A stretch of 64,000 nucleotides of DNA from Candidatus Zixiibacteriota bacterium (GTDB taxonomy: Bacteria > Zixibacteria > MSB-5A5 > UBA10806 > 4484-95), in NCBI GenBank assembly GCA_037441845.1, contig JBBIRK010000002.1, positions 1 through 64,000 of the forward strand, written 5' to 3'. Positions 36,980 through 47,783 of the stretch are shown here, one piece after another. Both the position numbers and the translations under genes were made by a program. Within the stretch, counting starts at the first letter, position 1. Every line of letters starts with the position of its first letter. The notes beneath the pieces were generated by a model. That model was not told where the DNA came from, did no database searches, and saw only the letters and a list, made by a program, of their open reading frames with translations.

Positions 36980-38736
36980 TGCCCGAAATGGATCGACCGG
37001 TGGTCTCGAATCGCCTATCCGGAAAAGTCCTGGTGCTGGGAAGCGATTTCAAGAATTACCGCACCTGTCTGGCGATCGTGCGCTCGCTGGGCCGGGCAGG
37101 CCTCGAGATTCATCTCGGTTGGCACGCCGCAGACGAAATAGCCGGTTTTTCGCGATACGTTGTCAAGAAACTGCCGCTTCCCCCCTATTCGCCGGATAAC
37201 GAAAATTGGCATGAAATACTGACGGCGATTCTCAGACAGGAAAAATACGATCTGGTGATCCCCGCCAATGAGCAGGCTTGCGCGCCGATCGAACGAAACA
37301 AAGATTTATTCGGCGAATTTCCTGAAATTTACCGGCTCAATCCCGAAGCTTACGAAGTGGTATTCGATAAAACGAAAACGGCGGCCTTAGCTCGAAAGCT
37401 GAATATACCTATGCCTGCGGAAATCACCATGACCTCTATAGAGGATCTGGATAGAGTCGAATGCGAAATCGGCTATCCGGCCGTCCTGAAACCGAAAGCC
37501 TCGTTCGAACTGGAGAATCTGAAAAGAAAACTTTACGTTTACAAGGCGGTCGACCGCGCCCAGCTTCTCACTGCGGCAAGACACCTTCTCGATTACGGCC
37601 CGGTGATCGCTCAAAAACATGTGCGCGGCGTCGGAATCGGAGTCGAGTTTCTGGCGCACGAGGGCCTGCTCCTCTACGCTTTTCAGCACCGCCGCCTTCA
37701 CGAGCCGCCGCTGGGAGGCGGAAGTTCCTATCGCCGCAGCTGTCCTCTCGATCCGGAGCTTTTAGGATACTTGCGGCCGATGCTGGCGGAATTGTCGTAC
37801 ACCGGAGTTGGCATGGCCGAATTCAGGGTGGATTATGCTATCGGGCGAAAATGGTTTTTCGAAATCAACGGCAGATTCTGGGGCTCGCTGCCACTGGCGA
37901 TCGCCGCCAGAGCCGATTTTCCGCTTATGCTTTTTCGGATGCGCCGCATGCAGGTGAGGCGATTCGAACAATCATACAGGACTGCGATCTATTGCCGGAA
38001 CACTATCCGCGATTTCGAATGGATTTCGGCGAACTGGAATATCGACAAAAAAAATCCTCTATATAATTCCGAAAGCAATTTCAAAGTGATATCCGAATTC
38101 GCCAATATCCTGATCGGAAGAGAACGAAACGACACCTTGGCGATCGATGACCTTCGTCCGGCGTTGGTAGAATGCAAAAGTTTTCTTTCATTGATATTGA
38201 TGCGTTCGGCGACCTGGCTTAAAAACAATTCCCCCGGGCGGTGGTTTACCTGTTGGCTTTTGCGGCGTCGCCTGCGTTCGAAGAGGAATTTATTGTTCGT
38301 CTGCTACGGCAACATCTATCGCAGTCCGTTTGCGGCCGCCGCAGCCGAACGGCTGCTTCCCAAAACGATCGCAGTGAAATCGGCCGGCTATTTCCCCCAT
38401 GCCGGGCGCAGGCCGCATCAACGGGCGATCGATATCGCCGCTGAATTCGGAATCGACCTCGAAAGTCATCGGTCAAATGTAATTGATAGGGAAACCCTAA
38501 GCCGCGCGGATATCGTTTTCGTTTTCGACCGTTTCAACGCCGCTTGGTTGACCGACAATTTTCCCGAAAGCGCAGACAAAATCGTCTATCTGGGTTTATT
38601 GCGCTTCCGGGGCCCGATCGAAATCGGTGACCCGGTGGATGGCAACCTCTACACCGTGCGCGATTGCTACCGTCAAATCTCCCAAGCCTTGGAGCCGCTC
38701 GGGCGGATAAAATTCAAAGCGCCGGAATCCGCCTGA
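36976..38736 (+). CDS. ATP-grasp protein fused to a low-molecular-weight protein-tyrosine-phosphatase domain
   Basis: VRSLGRAG, GYPAVLKP, EINGRFWGSL; C-terminal FVCYGNIYRSP and IGDP. Confidence 0.85.
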   Translation: MMPEMDRPVVSNRLSGKVLVLGSDFKNYRTCLAIVRSLGRAGLEIHLGWHAADEIAGFSRYVVKKLPLPPYSPDNENWHEILTAILRQEKYDLVIPANEQACAPIERNKDLFGEFPEIYRLNPEAYEVVFDKTKTAALARKLNIPMPAEITMTSIEDLDRVECEIGYPAVLKPKASFELENLKRKLYVYKAVDRAQLLTAARHLLDYGPVIAQKHVRGVGIGVEFLAHEGLLLYAFQHRRLHEPPLGGGSSYRRSCPLDPELLGYLRPMLAELSYTGVGMAEFRVDYAIGRKWFFEINGRFWGSLPLAIAARADFPLMLFRMRRMQVRRFEQSYRTAIYCRNTIRDFEWISANWNIDKKNPLYNSESNFKVISEFANILIGRERNDTLAIDDLRPALVECKSFLSLILMRSATWLKNNSPGRWFTCWLLRRRLRSKRNLLFVCYGNIYRSPFAAAAAERLLPKTIAVKSAGYFPHAGRRPHQRAIDIAAEFGIDLESHRSNVIDRETLSRADIVFVFDRFNAAWLTDNFPESADKIVYLGLLRFRGPIEIGDPVDGNLYTVRDCYRQISQALEPLGRIKFKAPESA

Positions 38737-38747
38737 GAAAACTCGAC

Positions 38748-39317
38748 TCAATAAACCCCGGGTATGAGTCTGGCCGTGCGGCCGGAATAATCGAGATACG
38801 CCTGCCCGAACTTTTCCCGAAGCGCCCGCTCCTCGATTTTCATCCTATATAAAAACACCGAAAATATAGGCAGGAAAATTATCAGCAAACTCAGCCAGTT
38901 GGAAAAGAAAATCCCGAGACCCAAAAACGAAAGCAGGCTGCCGCTATAGGCCGGGTGGCGGACATATCTGTATATTCCTATGCTGATCAAACGATGATCG
39001 TCGAAAATGGTCACTTCGACCGTGAAAAATCGGCCCAGAGTGCGGATGGCAACCCATCTGATTATCGATCCTGCAATAATCAGAGCCAGCCCCAAAAACG
39101 GCGCGTAATCGAAAGCAAAACTTACCGCCCCTATTCTCTGTAACCCGATAAAAACGCCCAGCGATATCGCCGTGATTATCACGATCCACAGCCATTTAAG
39201 CGATGATTTATCGCGCCCGGCGGACTTGTCCGTTTTCAGGCGTGAATATCGGGCCAATGCGATTTCGGAGCAAATCCATACGAATGAAAAAACCATAATC
39301 AAATAGTGGCGACTCAT
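38748..39317 (-). CDS. Isoprenylcysteine carboxyl methyltransferase family protein
   Basis: TLGRFF, GIYRYVRHPAYSG, RMKIEERAL. Confidence 0.9.
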   Translation of the reverse strand: MSRHYLIMVFSFVWICSEIALARYSRLKTDKSAGRDKSSLKWLWIVIITAISLGVFIGLQRIGAVSFAFDYAPFLGLALIIAGSIIRWVAIRTLGRFFTVEVTIFDDHRLISIGIYRYVRHPAYSGSLLSFLGLGIFFSNWLSLLIIFLPIFSVFLYRMKIEERALREKFGQAYLDYSGRTARLIPGVY

Positions 39318-39383
39318 ATTCGATACCTCACGAATGACTGCTTATCCTGAAACATTCGAGACTTGCGGAGATTATCGAAAATC

Positions 39384-39458
39384 CGTCCCCAAGGGGATTC
39401 GAACCCCTGTTTTCGCCGTGAAAGGGCGGTGTCCTAGGCCGGACTAGACGATGGGGAC
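39384..39458 (-). tRNA. tRNA-Glu(TTC), CCA not encoded
   Basis: GTCCCCATCGTCTAGTCCGGCCTAGGACACCGCCC-TTTCAC-GGCGAAAACAGGGGTTCGAATCCCCTTGGGGACG; cloverleaf with anticodon TTC. Confidence 0.96.
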
Positions 39459-39577
39459 ATTGACCTGTCAATATAGATACGCCGCCGAAAGTGTCAAGCC
39501 ATTATTTGGAGCAACCGACAACGGCTGCTTTGGTTGAGAGCGGGTCGCTTTGCATCGGGCGCGGATCGACGATTGAA

Positions 39578-41041
39578 TCAGGCGCCTATCAGCTTATCGA
39601 GTTTGCGCCGAGCCCGCACCAAATCCGGAATATCGTCATCGGCCCCGGACATGACCGATAGATATCGCAGGAGCGCTTCCTTCTGTTGTTCCGGCTGGCG
39701 AAGCGATTCATGAACGTCGGCCAAGGCGAGAAGCGTTTGCGCGTGATTCGGGTTGTCGGCGAAATTCAATAGATAGGTATCGCGCGCGCGGACCAAATCC
39801 CCTTTTTTGTGATAACACTGACCCAAAAAATAACGCACCCAGATTTTTCTCGGCAAAGAAGTTTGTTCGACGGTCTGCTGATATTTCACGATTGCCGAAT
39901 CGTAATCGCCTTTGGCACAGTCGATCATCGCCTCGAGCCAAACCAATCCGATACCATATTCCTTATATTCGAGCGCCGGATCGTTTCCTATCAACTGCGC
40001 CTTACCCTGGTCGATCAATTCCCGCACCCTTTTATATGTCATCTCCGCTTTGCCGATTTCCCCGGACGTGACGTATAAAGCGCCCAGGTCGAGCAAAATG
40101 ATCACCGAAGCCGGGTTGTTTTCCGCCAGAGCCTCGAGCAGAGAAGCAGCCTTCGAAAACAAGCCGTTGGTCCAGTAGGCCCCGGCCACGGCCCGGTCGC
40201 ATTCGCGTTTCTGGAATTGACCCGAGGCGTAATCCCGCGCTCTCTGATAATAGCCGACAGCATCGCGTATCCGCCCGATTGATTTATGGGCATCGCCCAG
40301 ATGCATCAGCACGAAAAACAGATCGGGCTTGATTTTATTGGCCGCCTTGAACTGCGCTATAGCCTCATCGTATTTGCCGATATTCATCAATATCTCGCCG
40401 TAGGAGTCATGGGGATTGGCCTGCCCCTCGGCGATCTCCGCGTATTTTCGAACATATTCGACCGCTTGATCGTAGTCGCGTTTGAAATAATGCAGATAGG
40501 CAAGCATATTATAAGCGAGCGCGAAATTCGGGTCGAGCTTCAACACCTGGTTATATTCCTTGATCGCGTTGTCCCATTCCTGATTTTTCTGATAGCGTTC
40601 GGCTTGATAAAGATGCGCATCCAAAAGATCGGGATATTCGGCCAACAACTCTTCTTTAAGCCGCCGTGATTTAGTGGTATCTCCGCCGATATCGGATTCG
40701 ATAATCGCGATCAGCAGCTTTTCGCGATCTTTGACTTTCTCCGACAGGGCCGATGCCTTTTTGCTTAACGAGCGCGCCTCTTCCATTTGATTCAAAAACG
40801 TTTGGGTAAGACTGGCCAGACGCGCATAGGCCATGGCGAAACTCGAATCATACCCCACGGCGGCCCGATACTGCTCTATAGCCTCACGATAATACAGCTT
40901 GCCGCGAAATGATTCCGCCTCGTTGTAGGCTTTCAGCGCTTTGTTCGAATTAGTCGTCACGTTCCGCCGATCACGCAAAGCGTAAACGGCCGAGGCGACC
41001 ACCATCAGAAGAAAAAGCAATGCCAGTAGTTTCTTTACCAT
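39578..41041 (-). CDS. Exported TPR-repeat protein
   Basis: N-terminal hydrophobic segment; many TPRs (LDPNFALAYNMLAY, ANPHDSYGE). Confidence 0.88.
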   Translation of the reverse strand: MVKKLLALLFLLMVVASAVYALRDRRNVTTNSNKALKAYNEAESFRGKLYYREAIEQYRAAVGYDSSFAMAYARLASLTQTFLNQMEEARSLSKKASALSEKVKDREKLLIAIIESDIGGDTTKSRRLKEELLAEYPDLLDAHLYQAERYQKNQEWDNAIKEYNQVLKLDPNFALAYNMLAYLHYFKRDYDQAVEYVRKYAEIAEGQANPHDSYGEILMNIGKYDEAIAQFKAANKIKPDLFFVLMHLGDAHKSIGRIRDAVGYYQRARDYASGQFQKRECDRAVAGAYWTNGLFSKAASLLEALAENNPASVIILLDLGALYVTSGEIGKAEMTYKRVRELIDQGKAQLIGNDPALEYKEYGIGLVWLEAMIDCAKGDYDSAIVKYQQTVEQTSLPRKIWVRYFLGQCYHKKGDLVRARDTYLLNFADNPNHAQTLLALADVHESLRQPEQQKEALLRYLSVMSGADDDIPDLVRARRKLDKLIGA

Positions 41042-41197
41042 TTATCCTGATTGGCTTTTGCGTGATTCCGGCGTTACCTCGGGCCTCGTTGAGTCAAAAT
41101 TATTCTCTTAAATATCGAAAAGGCTGCGCTTTTACGCCGTCCGCTTCCTTATAAAGATACGAAACCAAGGCTTTTGCGGTTGCAACCTTATTTTCCG

Positions 41198-41938
41198 CTA
41201 CAACTTCCAGCGTTTCAGGTTCTCTATAAAACCAAGCGCGGTGGTGTCGATCGAAAGCGGTGTAATCGAGATCAATTTTTTATCGATCGCGCCGTAATCG
41301 GTATCGGGCCCGCGGCCGGTGATTTTGACACGCCCGCCTATCCAGTAATAGCTCTGGCCGCGAGGGTCGATTTTCTCGGTAATCACATCTTCATATACCC
41401 TCTTGCCCAGCCGGGTGATAGCATAACGGGCAGGCGATACCTTCTTGCCGGGCGGCACATTTATATTGAGCAATACACCCTCGGGCAGACCGTTTTTCAT
41501 GACTGCGCGGGTGATTTTCTTGGTGAAAGCCACAGCCGTACCGTAATCCCGTTGCCCATTGCCGACAAGCGATACCGCCAGCGACGGGATCCCCAGCAGC
41601 GTCCCCTCGATAGCGGCGGCAACCGTCCCCGAATAAGTTACATCCTCGCCCATATTGGCGCCGTCGTTGATCCCGGATATCACCAAATCCGGCGGTTTTC
41701 CCAGAAGGCAATAAACGGCCACCATCACCGCATCGGTCGGGGTGCCGTCGACGCTGTAAAAGTCGCGATCGATCTTTTTCACCCGCAACGGCCTGGCCAC
41801 GGTCAAAGAATGCGACGCCCCGGATCGGTCCCTATCGGGAGCGACGGTAACCAGTCTGCCTAAGCACCCCAGAGAGCGCCGCAGGGCTTTTATCCCCTCC
41901 GCCTGATAGCCGTCGTCGTTCGTCAGCAGAATAGTCAT
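41198..41938 (-). CDS. surE: 5'/3'-nucleotidase SurE
   Basis: ILLTNDDG, SGASHSLT, DGTPTD, SGINDGANMG, YSGTVAAAIEG; start ATG 41938. Confidence 0.97.
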   Translation of the reverse strand: MTILLTNDDGYQAEGIKALRRSLGCLGRLVTVAPDRDRSGASHSLTVARPLRVKKIDRDFYSVDGTPTDAVMVAVYCLLGKPPDLVISGINDGANMGEDVTYSGTVAAAIEGTLLGIPSLAVSLVGNGQRDYGTAVAFTKKITRAVMKNGLPEGVLLNINVPPGKKVSPARYAITRLGKRVYEDVITEKIDPRGQSYYWIGGRVKITGRGPDTDYGAIDKKLISITPLSIDTTALGFIENLKRWKL

Positions 41939-42133
41939 ATTATTGCAATCGAATGTAGTCACAAGTCCATACAAAAGTCAAGGAGTCGATGCATATTCGA
42001 AAATCCCCGATCGCGGTCACCGCCGCCTTCCATTCTTTCGATTCACCGATACTTCCCTTTCGCATTAAAACAGAACTTTCCGGCGGCAATTTGCGTATCG
42101 AAATATAGCGATAACACAAACGCGGAGCTGATC

Positions 42134-42790
42134 ATGTTCGACCGAATGACCGACGATAACGAAACCCAACATGCCGATTCGATAGAGGAAGCCGAAAGAT
42201 ACGCCGACCACATGAGATATTTCACCCGCTTCTATCGGAAATTCGCCGACTATCTACTGACGCTCGATTCGTGCAGAAAAATCAGGGTAAATCGCGAAGG
42301 CAGGATTCTCGAGGTTGGGGCCGGAACCGGTTTCCTGACGGCGCAACTGGCGCGGTTGTTCCCCGATTCCGAGATAACGGCGCTCGATAAATCGGCGGCG
42401 ATGCTGGCTGTGGCGCGCAAGCTGCAAGACGTCATGGAAAACGGCAAAATACGCTGGACCATCGGCGACGCCGAGAATCCAAAGTGCGTTGCGGAACTCG
42501 GTCGATTCGACCTGATCTGCGGCAGCCTGGTCTTGCATGAATTCAAAGATCTGCAAAAGGCGATCGATAACTTTCGCGGGGCTCTGAATCCCTCCGGCGC
42601 ACTCGCCTTTCTTGATCTTCGCAGAGTCTGGTGGTTGTATTGGATCCCCAGCCGGGAGGGTTTTTTCCGCTCTATTCGGGCTGCTTATCTTCCTCGTGAA
42701 ATCAAGGAAACATTAGTCCATCTGGGTTATACGAAATGCGATGTCAGGAATCTTTTTCCCATTTTCCTGGTCGCCGCCGCAGAATCCTGA
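42134..42790 (+). CDS. Class I SAM-dependent methyltransferase
   Basis: ILEVGAGTG, ALDKSAAML, LVLHEF. Confidence 0.88.
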   Translation: MFDRMTDDNETQHADSIEEAERYADHMRYFTRFYRKFADYLLTLDSCRKIRVNREGRILEVGAGTGFLTAQLARLFPDSEITALDKSAAMLAVARKLQDVMENGKIRWTIGDAENPKCVAELGRFDLICGSLVLHEFKDLQKAIDNFRGALNPSGALAFLDLRRVWWLYWIPSREGFFRSIRAAYLPREIKETLVHLGYTKCDVRNLFPIFLVAAAES

Positions 42791-42838
42791 CGATTCCGGA
42801 ATATTCCGCTTACCCGATCAGCGGCCGAAAAGGCCGAT

Positions 42839-43498
42839 TTACATTTCCTCCAGCACCATTCGCACCCATCGGTATGTGTCTTCGATATTTCTTATGGACG
42901 AGGGGAAATTCCGTCCGTAAACCACTTTCACCGGAACAAAAGCGATCTTGAAGCCCGCCCGGACGGCTTTGATTATCAACTCCGATTCGAGCTGATACCC
43001 TTCCGATGTCAAATTCAATGATGCAAGCATGGCCACGCTCATCAGTCGGAAACCTGATTGGGAGTCCTCGATACGAGCGCCGAGCAGCCATGACAATATA
43101 CGGGATGTCAGGTAATTCGAGCAGCGTCGATCGAAAGGCATATCGGCGAGATTCCCCTTTCGTGAACCGATGATCATATCGGCCCGGGTCGCCGCCAAGG
43201 TCGAAATGAACGCGGGAATATATGCCGGATCGTGCTGCCCGTCGCTGTCTATAGTGATCACCCATTCATGCCCCCCGGCTATCGCATATTCGAACCCGCG
43301 TTTAAGCGCCGCCCCTTTGCCTTTGTTGGTCTCATTGCGGATAAGATTCACTCCTCGCGTTATCGCCGTCGCTCCGGTATCGTCGGTCGAACCGTCATCA
43401 ATGACCAGTATGTCGCGCACATGCCGCTTCACATCGTCGATTACTTTTCCCAGGTAAAGCCCGGCGTTGTAAGCAGGAATCACAGCCAGCAATTTCAT
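42839..43498 (-). CDS. Glycosyltransferase family 2 (DPM synthase-like)
   Basis: VIPAYN, IDDGSTD, NKGKGAAL, DSDGQH, DSQSGFR; start ATG 43498. Confidence 0.93.
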   Translation of the reverse strand: MKLLAVIPAYNAGLYLGKVIDDVKRHVRDILVIDDGSTDDTGATAITRGVNLIRNETNKGKGAALKRGFEYAIAGGHEWVITIDSDGQHDPAYIPAFISTLAATRADMIIGSRKGNLADMPFDRRCSNYLTSRILSWLLGARIEDSQSGFRLMSVAMLASLNLTSEGYQLESELIIKAVRAGFKIAFVPVKVVYGRNFPSSIRNIEDTYRWVRMVLEEM

Positions 43499-43664
43499 GG
43501 ATATAATTTGCCTGGTTTTGCGCCCAAAGGCAACGCCGATTTCGAACGCTCTCACAAAACAAGCAAAATATGACGGCGGTTTCGTCGTTGCCGCGAATCC
43601 GGGAATAGCGAAAAAAGAGCCGCGCAAATTCGGCGGCTCATTTGAAATCAGGTAATTGTCGGCT

Positions 43665-44264
43665 CTATTTCATGCGCGTGTAAATCATCTCGAAATTCCG
43701 AAATTCACTTCCGTCGTCGTTCATCTCGAACATATCGAATCTATGGCGGTCGTCGTTTTCAATCGACAACACCGTCTTGTAATGCGAATTTTTCTTTTTT
43801 ATCGGATCGTAATACGACGAATGCATGGTCAGGACTTTTCCGGCGGAGTCGCACTGGCCGGTCGATAACATAAAGCCGGTCGACATCTCATCGATCCAGA
43901 AACCGACATATTCATTTTTAATCAAGTCGTAGCCGGTTATCCCCATTCCGTGGAACATCTGTCCGAAATTGAATCCCTCGACATCTTCTTGAATGAACCT
44001 TCCCCCCATGATCCACTTGACTTCGCAGGTGGCGCTGGAAGTGTCCGCCGGCGCGCCGGGATACATCCACCATTTGCTGGCAATTCGCCAGCGTCCAACC
44101 AAAGGTTCGAGAACCTTGTGTTTTTCACCTGGGGTGGCGTATTTGGCGTATTCGGCCATCATTTGTTCCGGCGTCTGTTCGCCTTTCTCGTCGGCTGCTA
44201 TCGTTGCTGCTGCTGCAACAATGAACAACAGCAGGGCGGGAATGATCAAGCTGCGCATGCCCAT
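43665..44264 (-). CDS. DUF1579-family exported protein
   Basis: Signal peptide; TPGEKHKVLEPLVGRW, GGRFIQE, GYDLIKNEYVGFWIDEMSTG. Confidence 0.85.
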   Translation of the reverse strand: MGMRSLIIPALLLFIVAAAATIAADEKGEQTPEQMMAEYAKYATPGEKHKVLEPLVGRWRIASKWWMYPGAPADTSSATCEVKWIMGGRFIQEDVEGFNFGQMFHGMGITGYDLIKNEYVGFWIDEMSTGFMLSTGQCDSAGKVLTMHSSYYDPIKKKNSHYKTVLSIENDDRHRFDMFEMNDDGSEFRNFEMIYTRMK

Positions 44265-44482
44265 TCATTAACTCCTTGTGTCGAAAGTTGATTATCGTTG
44301 AACACTTTCCATTGATAGGCCTTTTTTTTCCGGAAGTCAATATCTTTTAACCCAATATCGTGCCCGCGCTCCCATATTTTTGTTAACTTCTGAAAAGCCC
44401 CGCGAATCGGCCCCTAAACGCCTTTCACATGCCCCATATTTCAGCCGAAATAAAGGACAGGCCCCTTTAAAAGGAGCGAAAG

Positions 44483-44908
44483 ATGACTCAATTACAATGG
44501 AACGATGCCATGAGCATCGGAGTGCCGGAAATCGATGGTCAGCATAAAAAACTGATCGACATTATCAATCGCATAGAACATTCTATCGCCGAGGGGACCG
44601 CCGCCAAAGAAATCGGTCTGATCCTGAAAGAGCTGGTGGATTATTCCAACCTTCATTTCCAAACCGAAGAAGCTTTCATGAAAAGCATCAATTACGGGGG
44701 GTTGGCGCATCAGATCAAATTGCACGAGGGTTTCCGAAACAAGTTGGTAGGTTATCTCATGCGGCTGCGCCGCGATGAAAAAGTTTCCGCTTACGAAATT
44801 CTATATTTCCTGAAGTCATGGACAGTCGATCATATGCTGGTCGAGGACAAACGTATCGGCGCCGCCGTTGCCGTGGGTTCCGCGTGCACCGTACTCAACA
44901 CTCCGTAG
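44483..44908 (+). CDS. Bacteriohemerythrin
   Basis: W...IGVPEIDGQHKKL, HFQTEE, HQIKLH, WTVDHMLVED. Confidence 0.93.
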   Translation: MTQLQWNDAMSIGVPEIDGQHKKLIDIINRIEHSIAEGTAAKEIGLILKELVDYSNLHFQTEEAFMKSINYGGLAHQIKLHEGFRNKLVGYLMRLRRDEKVSAYEILYFLKSWTVDHMLVEDKRIGAAVAVGSACTVLNTP

Positions 44909-45384
44909 TCCGTCCAAATCGATTCATGAAACGTCTTGTTTGGAGAGGTTCCGCTTATTGCCATTGTGCAAAAGGATATAGAATATTCTCATGACGTTCA
45001 TGTGAAACCACCAAGTTACTTGCCATGAAGGAGTCGGCAGATACTAAGCCCTTCGGCAAGATAAGTAAAGCCGCAAAGTAACCGAGAATCCGCCCGACCT
45101 TACCGGCAACATTACCGCATGGACTCGAAAAGTGGTAACCTTGCCATAACAACCATCGGTTAAGCCCAAACGGATTGTTTTCAAGAGTTCGATGGCTCTA
45201 TCGACAACGAACCAAGAGAGAAAATCGAATAACTCAAATTTCGCAAAATAAAGGTTGTTGTTTGTCATTTGTCGTTATATTAATTCAATTTATAGCCACT
45301 GGAACCGAAGGGAATCTGTCAAACGAAAAATCATGGCGTGCGTTTTTGGTATATTAACGAAAAGCGCAAACGAAAGGAGCGGAA

Positions 45385-45822
45385 ATGTTCAAAGAATTCA
45401 AAGACTTTGCCATGCGCGGGAATGTGCTGGACATGGCTATCGGAATCATTATCGGCGCGGCGTTCGGGCAGATCGTCACGTCGATGGTGAACGATATCCT
45501 CATGCCGCCAATCGGCCTGCTCCTTGGTAGAGTCGATTTCGCCAACCTCTTCATTAATCTAAGCGGCGCCGATTTCGGCTCTTTGGCTGCAGCCAAAAGC
45601 GCCGGCGCGGCCACTATCAACTACGGGCAATTCATCAACACGGTAATCAATTTCATAATCGTGGCTTTCGTGATTTTCCTGCTGGTGAAACAGATAAACA
45701 GATTCAAGCGCGCGCCCGAACCAGCCCCTGCGGTGGTTACAACCAAAGAATGCCCCTATTGCTATTCGACCATCGCGATTAAAGCCACCCGTTGCCCGTA
45801 TTGCACTTCGGAGGTGAAATGA
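45385..45822 (+). CDS. mscL: Large-conductance mechanosensitive channel with C-terminal Zn ribbon
   Basis: [30 protein letters not shown]; tail CPYC...CPYC. Confidence 0.96.
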   Translation: MFKEFKDFAMRGNVLDMAIGIIIGAAFGQIVTSMVNDILMPPIGLLLGRVDFANLFINLSGADFGSLAAAKSAGAATINYGQFINTVINFIIVAFVIFLLVKQINRFKRAPEPAPAVVTTKECPYCYSTIAIKATRCPYCTSEVK

Positions 45823-45861
45823 AATACAATAAGCATAATTGTTACTGAAACCGTTTCAAAT

Positions 45862-47382
45862 ATGCGTATGGGAAAGGAATTTTCGATGATTGGGTTCAAA
45901 TTTATCGCGACGATTTTTTTGATTGGAGCGACCGCCGTAATCGCCGGAGCGGCCGATTGGAGCGAAATCAACGGCATAGGGATTCGGGGGCCCCTGTTGG
46001 CGCCGATGCTCGAGGGTTCCGATTACGGCGATCCCTCCCGCGAGCCGTTTATGATGGGTCTCGACGGCAGTTTTTACATCCGCTACGGGATCCGGCATAA
46101 TCTGACCGTGGATCTGTCGATTGGAGCGGCGACGACCTATGACGACACCACCGCCACCAGCGATCAATCGTTCAGTTTCAATAATTCGGACAATGCCTCC
46201 TCGAAAATGACCGCTCTTCTGGTCGGACTCACGGGAAACTATTATTTACTTACGGGGGGAAATCTGCAACCTTACTTGATTTTCGGTCTCGGTTTCGCCG
46301 ACTGGACAATAAGAAACATCGAAAAAAACAGAACGTTCAGCGTTTCCGATTTTGACGCCAAAGCCGGCCTGGGTTTGAATTTTTGGCTTGCCGACAATTT
46401 CACTCTCGATTTTCAAGGTAAATTCTCCTATGCGGTCGCCAGAGCCGGCCATACCGGTCGTATGGCTGACGCGCTGGATGCGGGCTGGAACAAATGGAAA
46501 ACCCGTCCTTTCAGAGCCTATCTCGAGCCTTCAATCGGTTTGACCTATTATCTCGGCGGCGGAAAAGACACCGATAAAGATGGTGTCAAGGACAAGGACG
46601 ATCAGTGCCCGGATACGCCGAAAGGCGCCGCGGTGAATGAGCTGGGTTGTCCCAACGACGAAGACCGTGATGGCGTTTACGACGGCTTGGACCGCTGCCC
46701 GGGGACTCCGGCCGGAGCTAAAGTAGATATCAACGGATGCCCGATAGATACCGATAAAGACGGTGTTTTCGATGGTATCGATAGATGCCCCGATACACCC
46801 GCTAATGTTAAGGTGGATATACATGGCTGTCCGCTCGACGGCGACGGGGACGGCGTCCCCGATTATCTCGACAAGCAGCTCGATACGCCCAGAGGCGCCA
46901 AGGTCGATAAGGACGGGGTCGGAATCGACAGCGATAGTGACGGCGTTTACGACGGTATCGACAAATGCCCGAAAACTCCCGCGGGGATGGCGGTCGATGC
47001 CCAGGGCTGCCCGAAAGAGATAAAAAGATTAGCCGAAAAAATAACCCTGAATATAAAATACGCCACCGGCTCGTTCGAACCCGATGACGCCTCCAAAGAG
47101 ATCCTCGATGGTGTGGCCAAAACCATGAAAGCTTATCCCGACACCAAAATCGAAATCGCGGGATTCACCGATGACGTCGGGTCGGAAAAAGCCAATCTCA
47201 CGCTTTCGCAAAAGCGCGCCGATGGAGTCATGAAATACCTGATCGACAAAGGAGTGGAACCGGAAAGAATGAGTGCCATAGGTCACGGCGAAAACCCGAA
47301 ATATTTTATCGGCGACAACAAGACCGCGGAAGGGCGGCAAAAAAACAGAAGAGTGGAAATCAATTCCACTCTTATCGAATGA
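45862..47382 (+). CDS. OmpA-family outer membrane protein with thrombospondin type-3 repeats
   Basis: Beta-barrel N-terminus, DxDxDGV...D.CP.TP repeats, C-terminal GFTD...NLTLSQKRA...NRRVE. The start may be a few codons later. Confidence 0.93.
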   Translation: MRMGKEFSMIGFKFIATIFLIGATAVIAGAADWSEINGIGIRGPLLAPMLEGSDYGDPSREPFMMGLDGSFYIRYGIRHNLTVDLSIGAATTYDDTTATSDQSFSFNNSDNASSKMTALLVGLTGNYYLLTGGNLQPYLIFGLGFADWTIRNIEKNRTFSVSDFDAKAGLGLNFWLADNFTLDFQGKFSYAVARAGHTGRMADALDAGWNKWKTRPFRAYLEPSIGLTYYLGGGKDTDKDGVKDKDDQCPDTPKGAAVNELGCPNDEDRDGVYDGLDRCPGTPAGAKVDINGCPIDTDKDGVFDGIDRCPDTPANVKVDIHGCPLDGDGDGVPDYLDKQLDTPRGAKVDKDGVGIDSDSDGVYDGIDKCPKTPAGMAVDAQGCPKEIKRLAEKITLNIKYATGSFEPDDASKEILDGVAKTMKAYPDTKIEIAGFTDDVGSEKANLTLSQKRADGVMKYLIDKGVEPERMSAIGHGENPKYFIGDNKTAEGRQKNRRVEINSTLIE

Positions 47383-47673
47383 TGCCATCGGGTCTTATCG
47401 GATCGAACGGCCGCAGCGTCACCCGATAGGATGCAGTCGATCGTAATTCGAGATGATTCACCGAAAGTTCTATTGCCGCTCTGCAGAGACGCGGCTCGTC
47501 CGCGTCCCCTCATTTTCACCGAAAGACTTCATAGCCCCCATTCACGAACGGACACGAAGGTCGACCGCCATAGCAGTAGAAACCGTTTCAAGGAGGGTTA
47601 AGCCATAATAACGGCATTTCGCGAAAGCCGCCAAGATTTTCACCGATAACGCTTCGCCGAAACACCAAATAAA

Positions 47674-47702
47674 AAATGGCCGGAGTAAGAGTCCGGCCAT
47701 TT
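47674..47702 (-). terminator. Rho-independent terminator after the Lys-rich microprotein gene
   Basis: AAATGGCCGGA-CTCTTAC-TCCGGCCATTT followed by further T residues on the minus strand. Confidence 0.8.
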
Positions 47703-47720
47703 CGGCTGATTCGGAAATCT

Positions 47721-47783
47721 TTACTTTTTCGTTTTTTTCTTGGCCGTTTTCTCTTTCGCCGGGGCTTTCGATTTGCAAGCCAT
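47721..47783 (-). CDS. 20-aa Lys-rich microprotein MACKSKAPAKEKTAKKKTKK
   Basis: RBS GGGAGG 5 nt before ATG, TAA stop, terminator 18 nt downstream; too short for the ORF track. Confidence 0.65.
   Translation of the reverse strand: MACKSKAPAKEKTAKKKTKK

Noticed and set aside
44925..45270. Short ORFs or toxin remnant between hemerythrin and mscL
   Set aside because: No convincing RBS, motif or structure; cannot be supported.
46560..47020. Tandem repeats inside OmpA
   Set aside because: Ordinary thrombospondin type-3 Ca-binding repeats.
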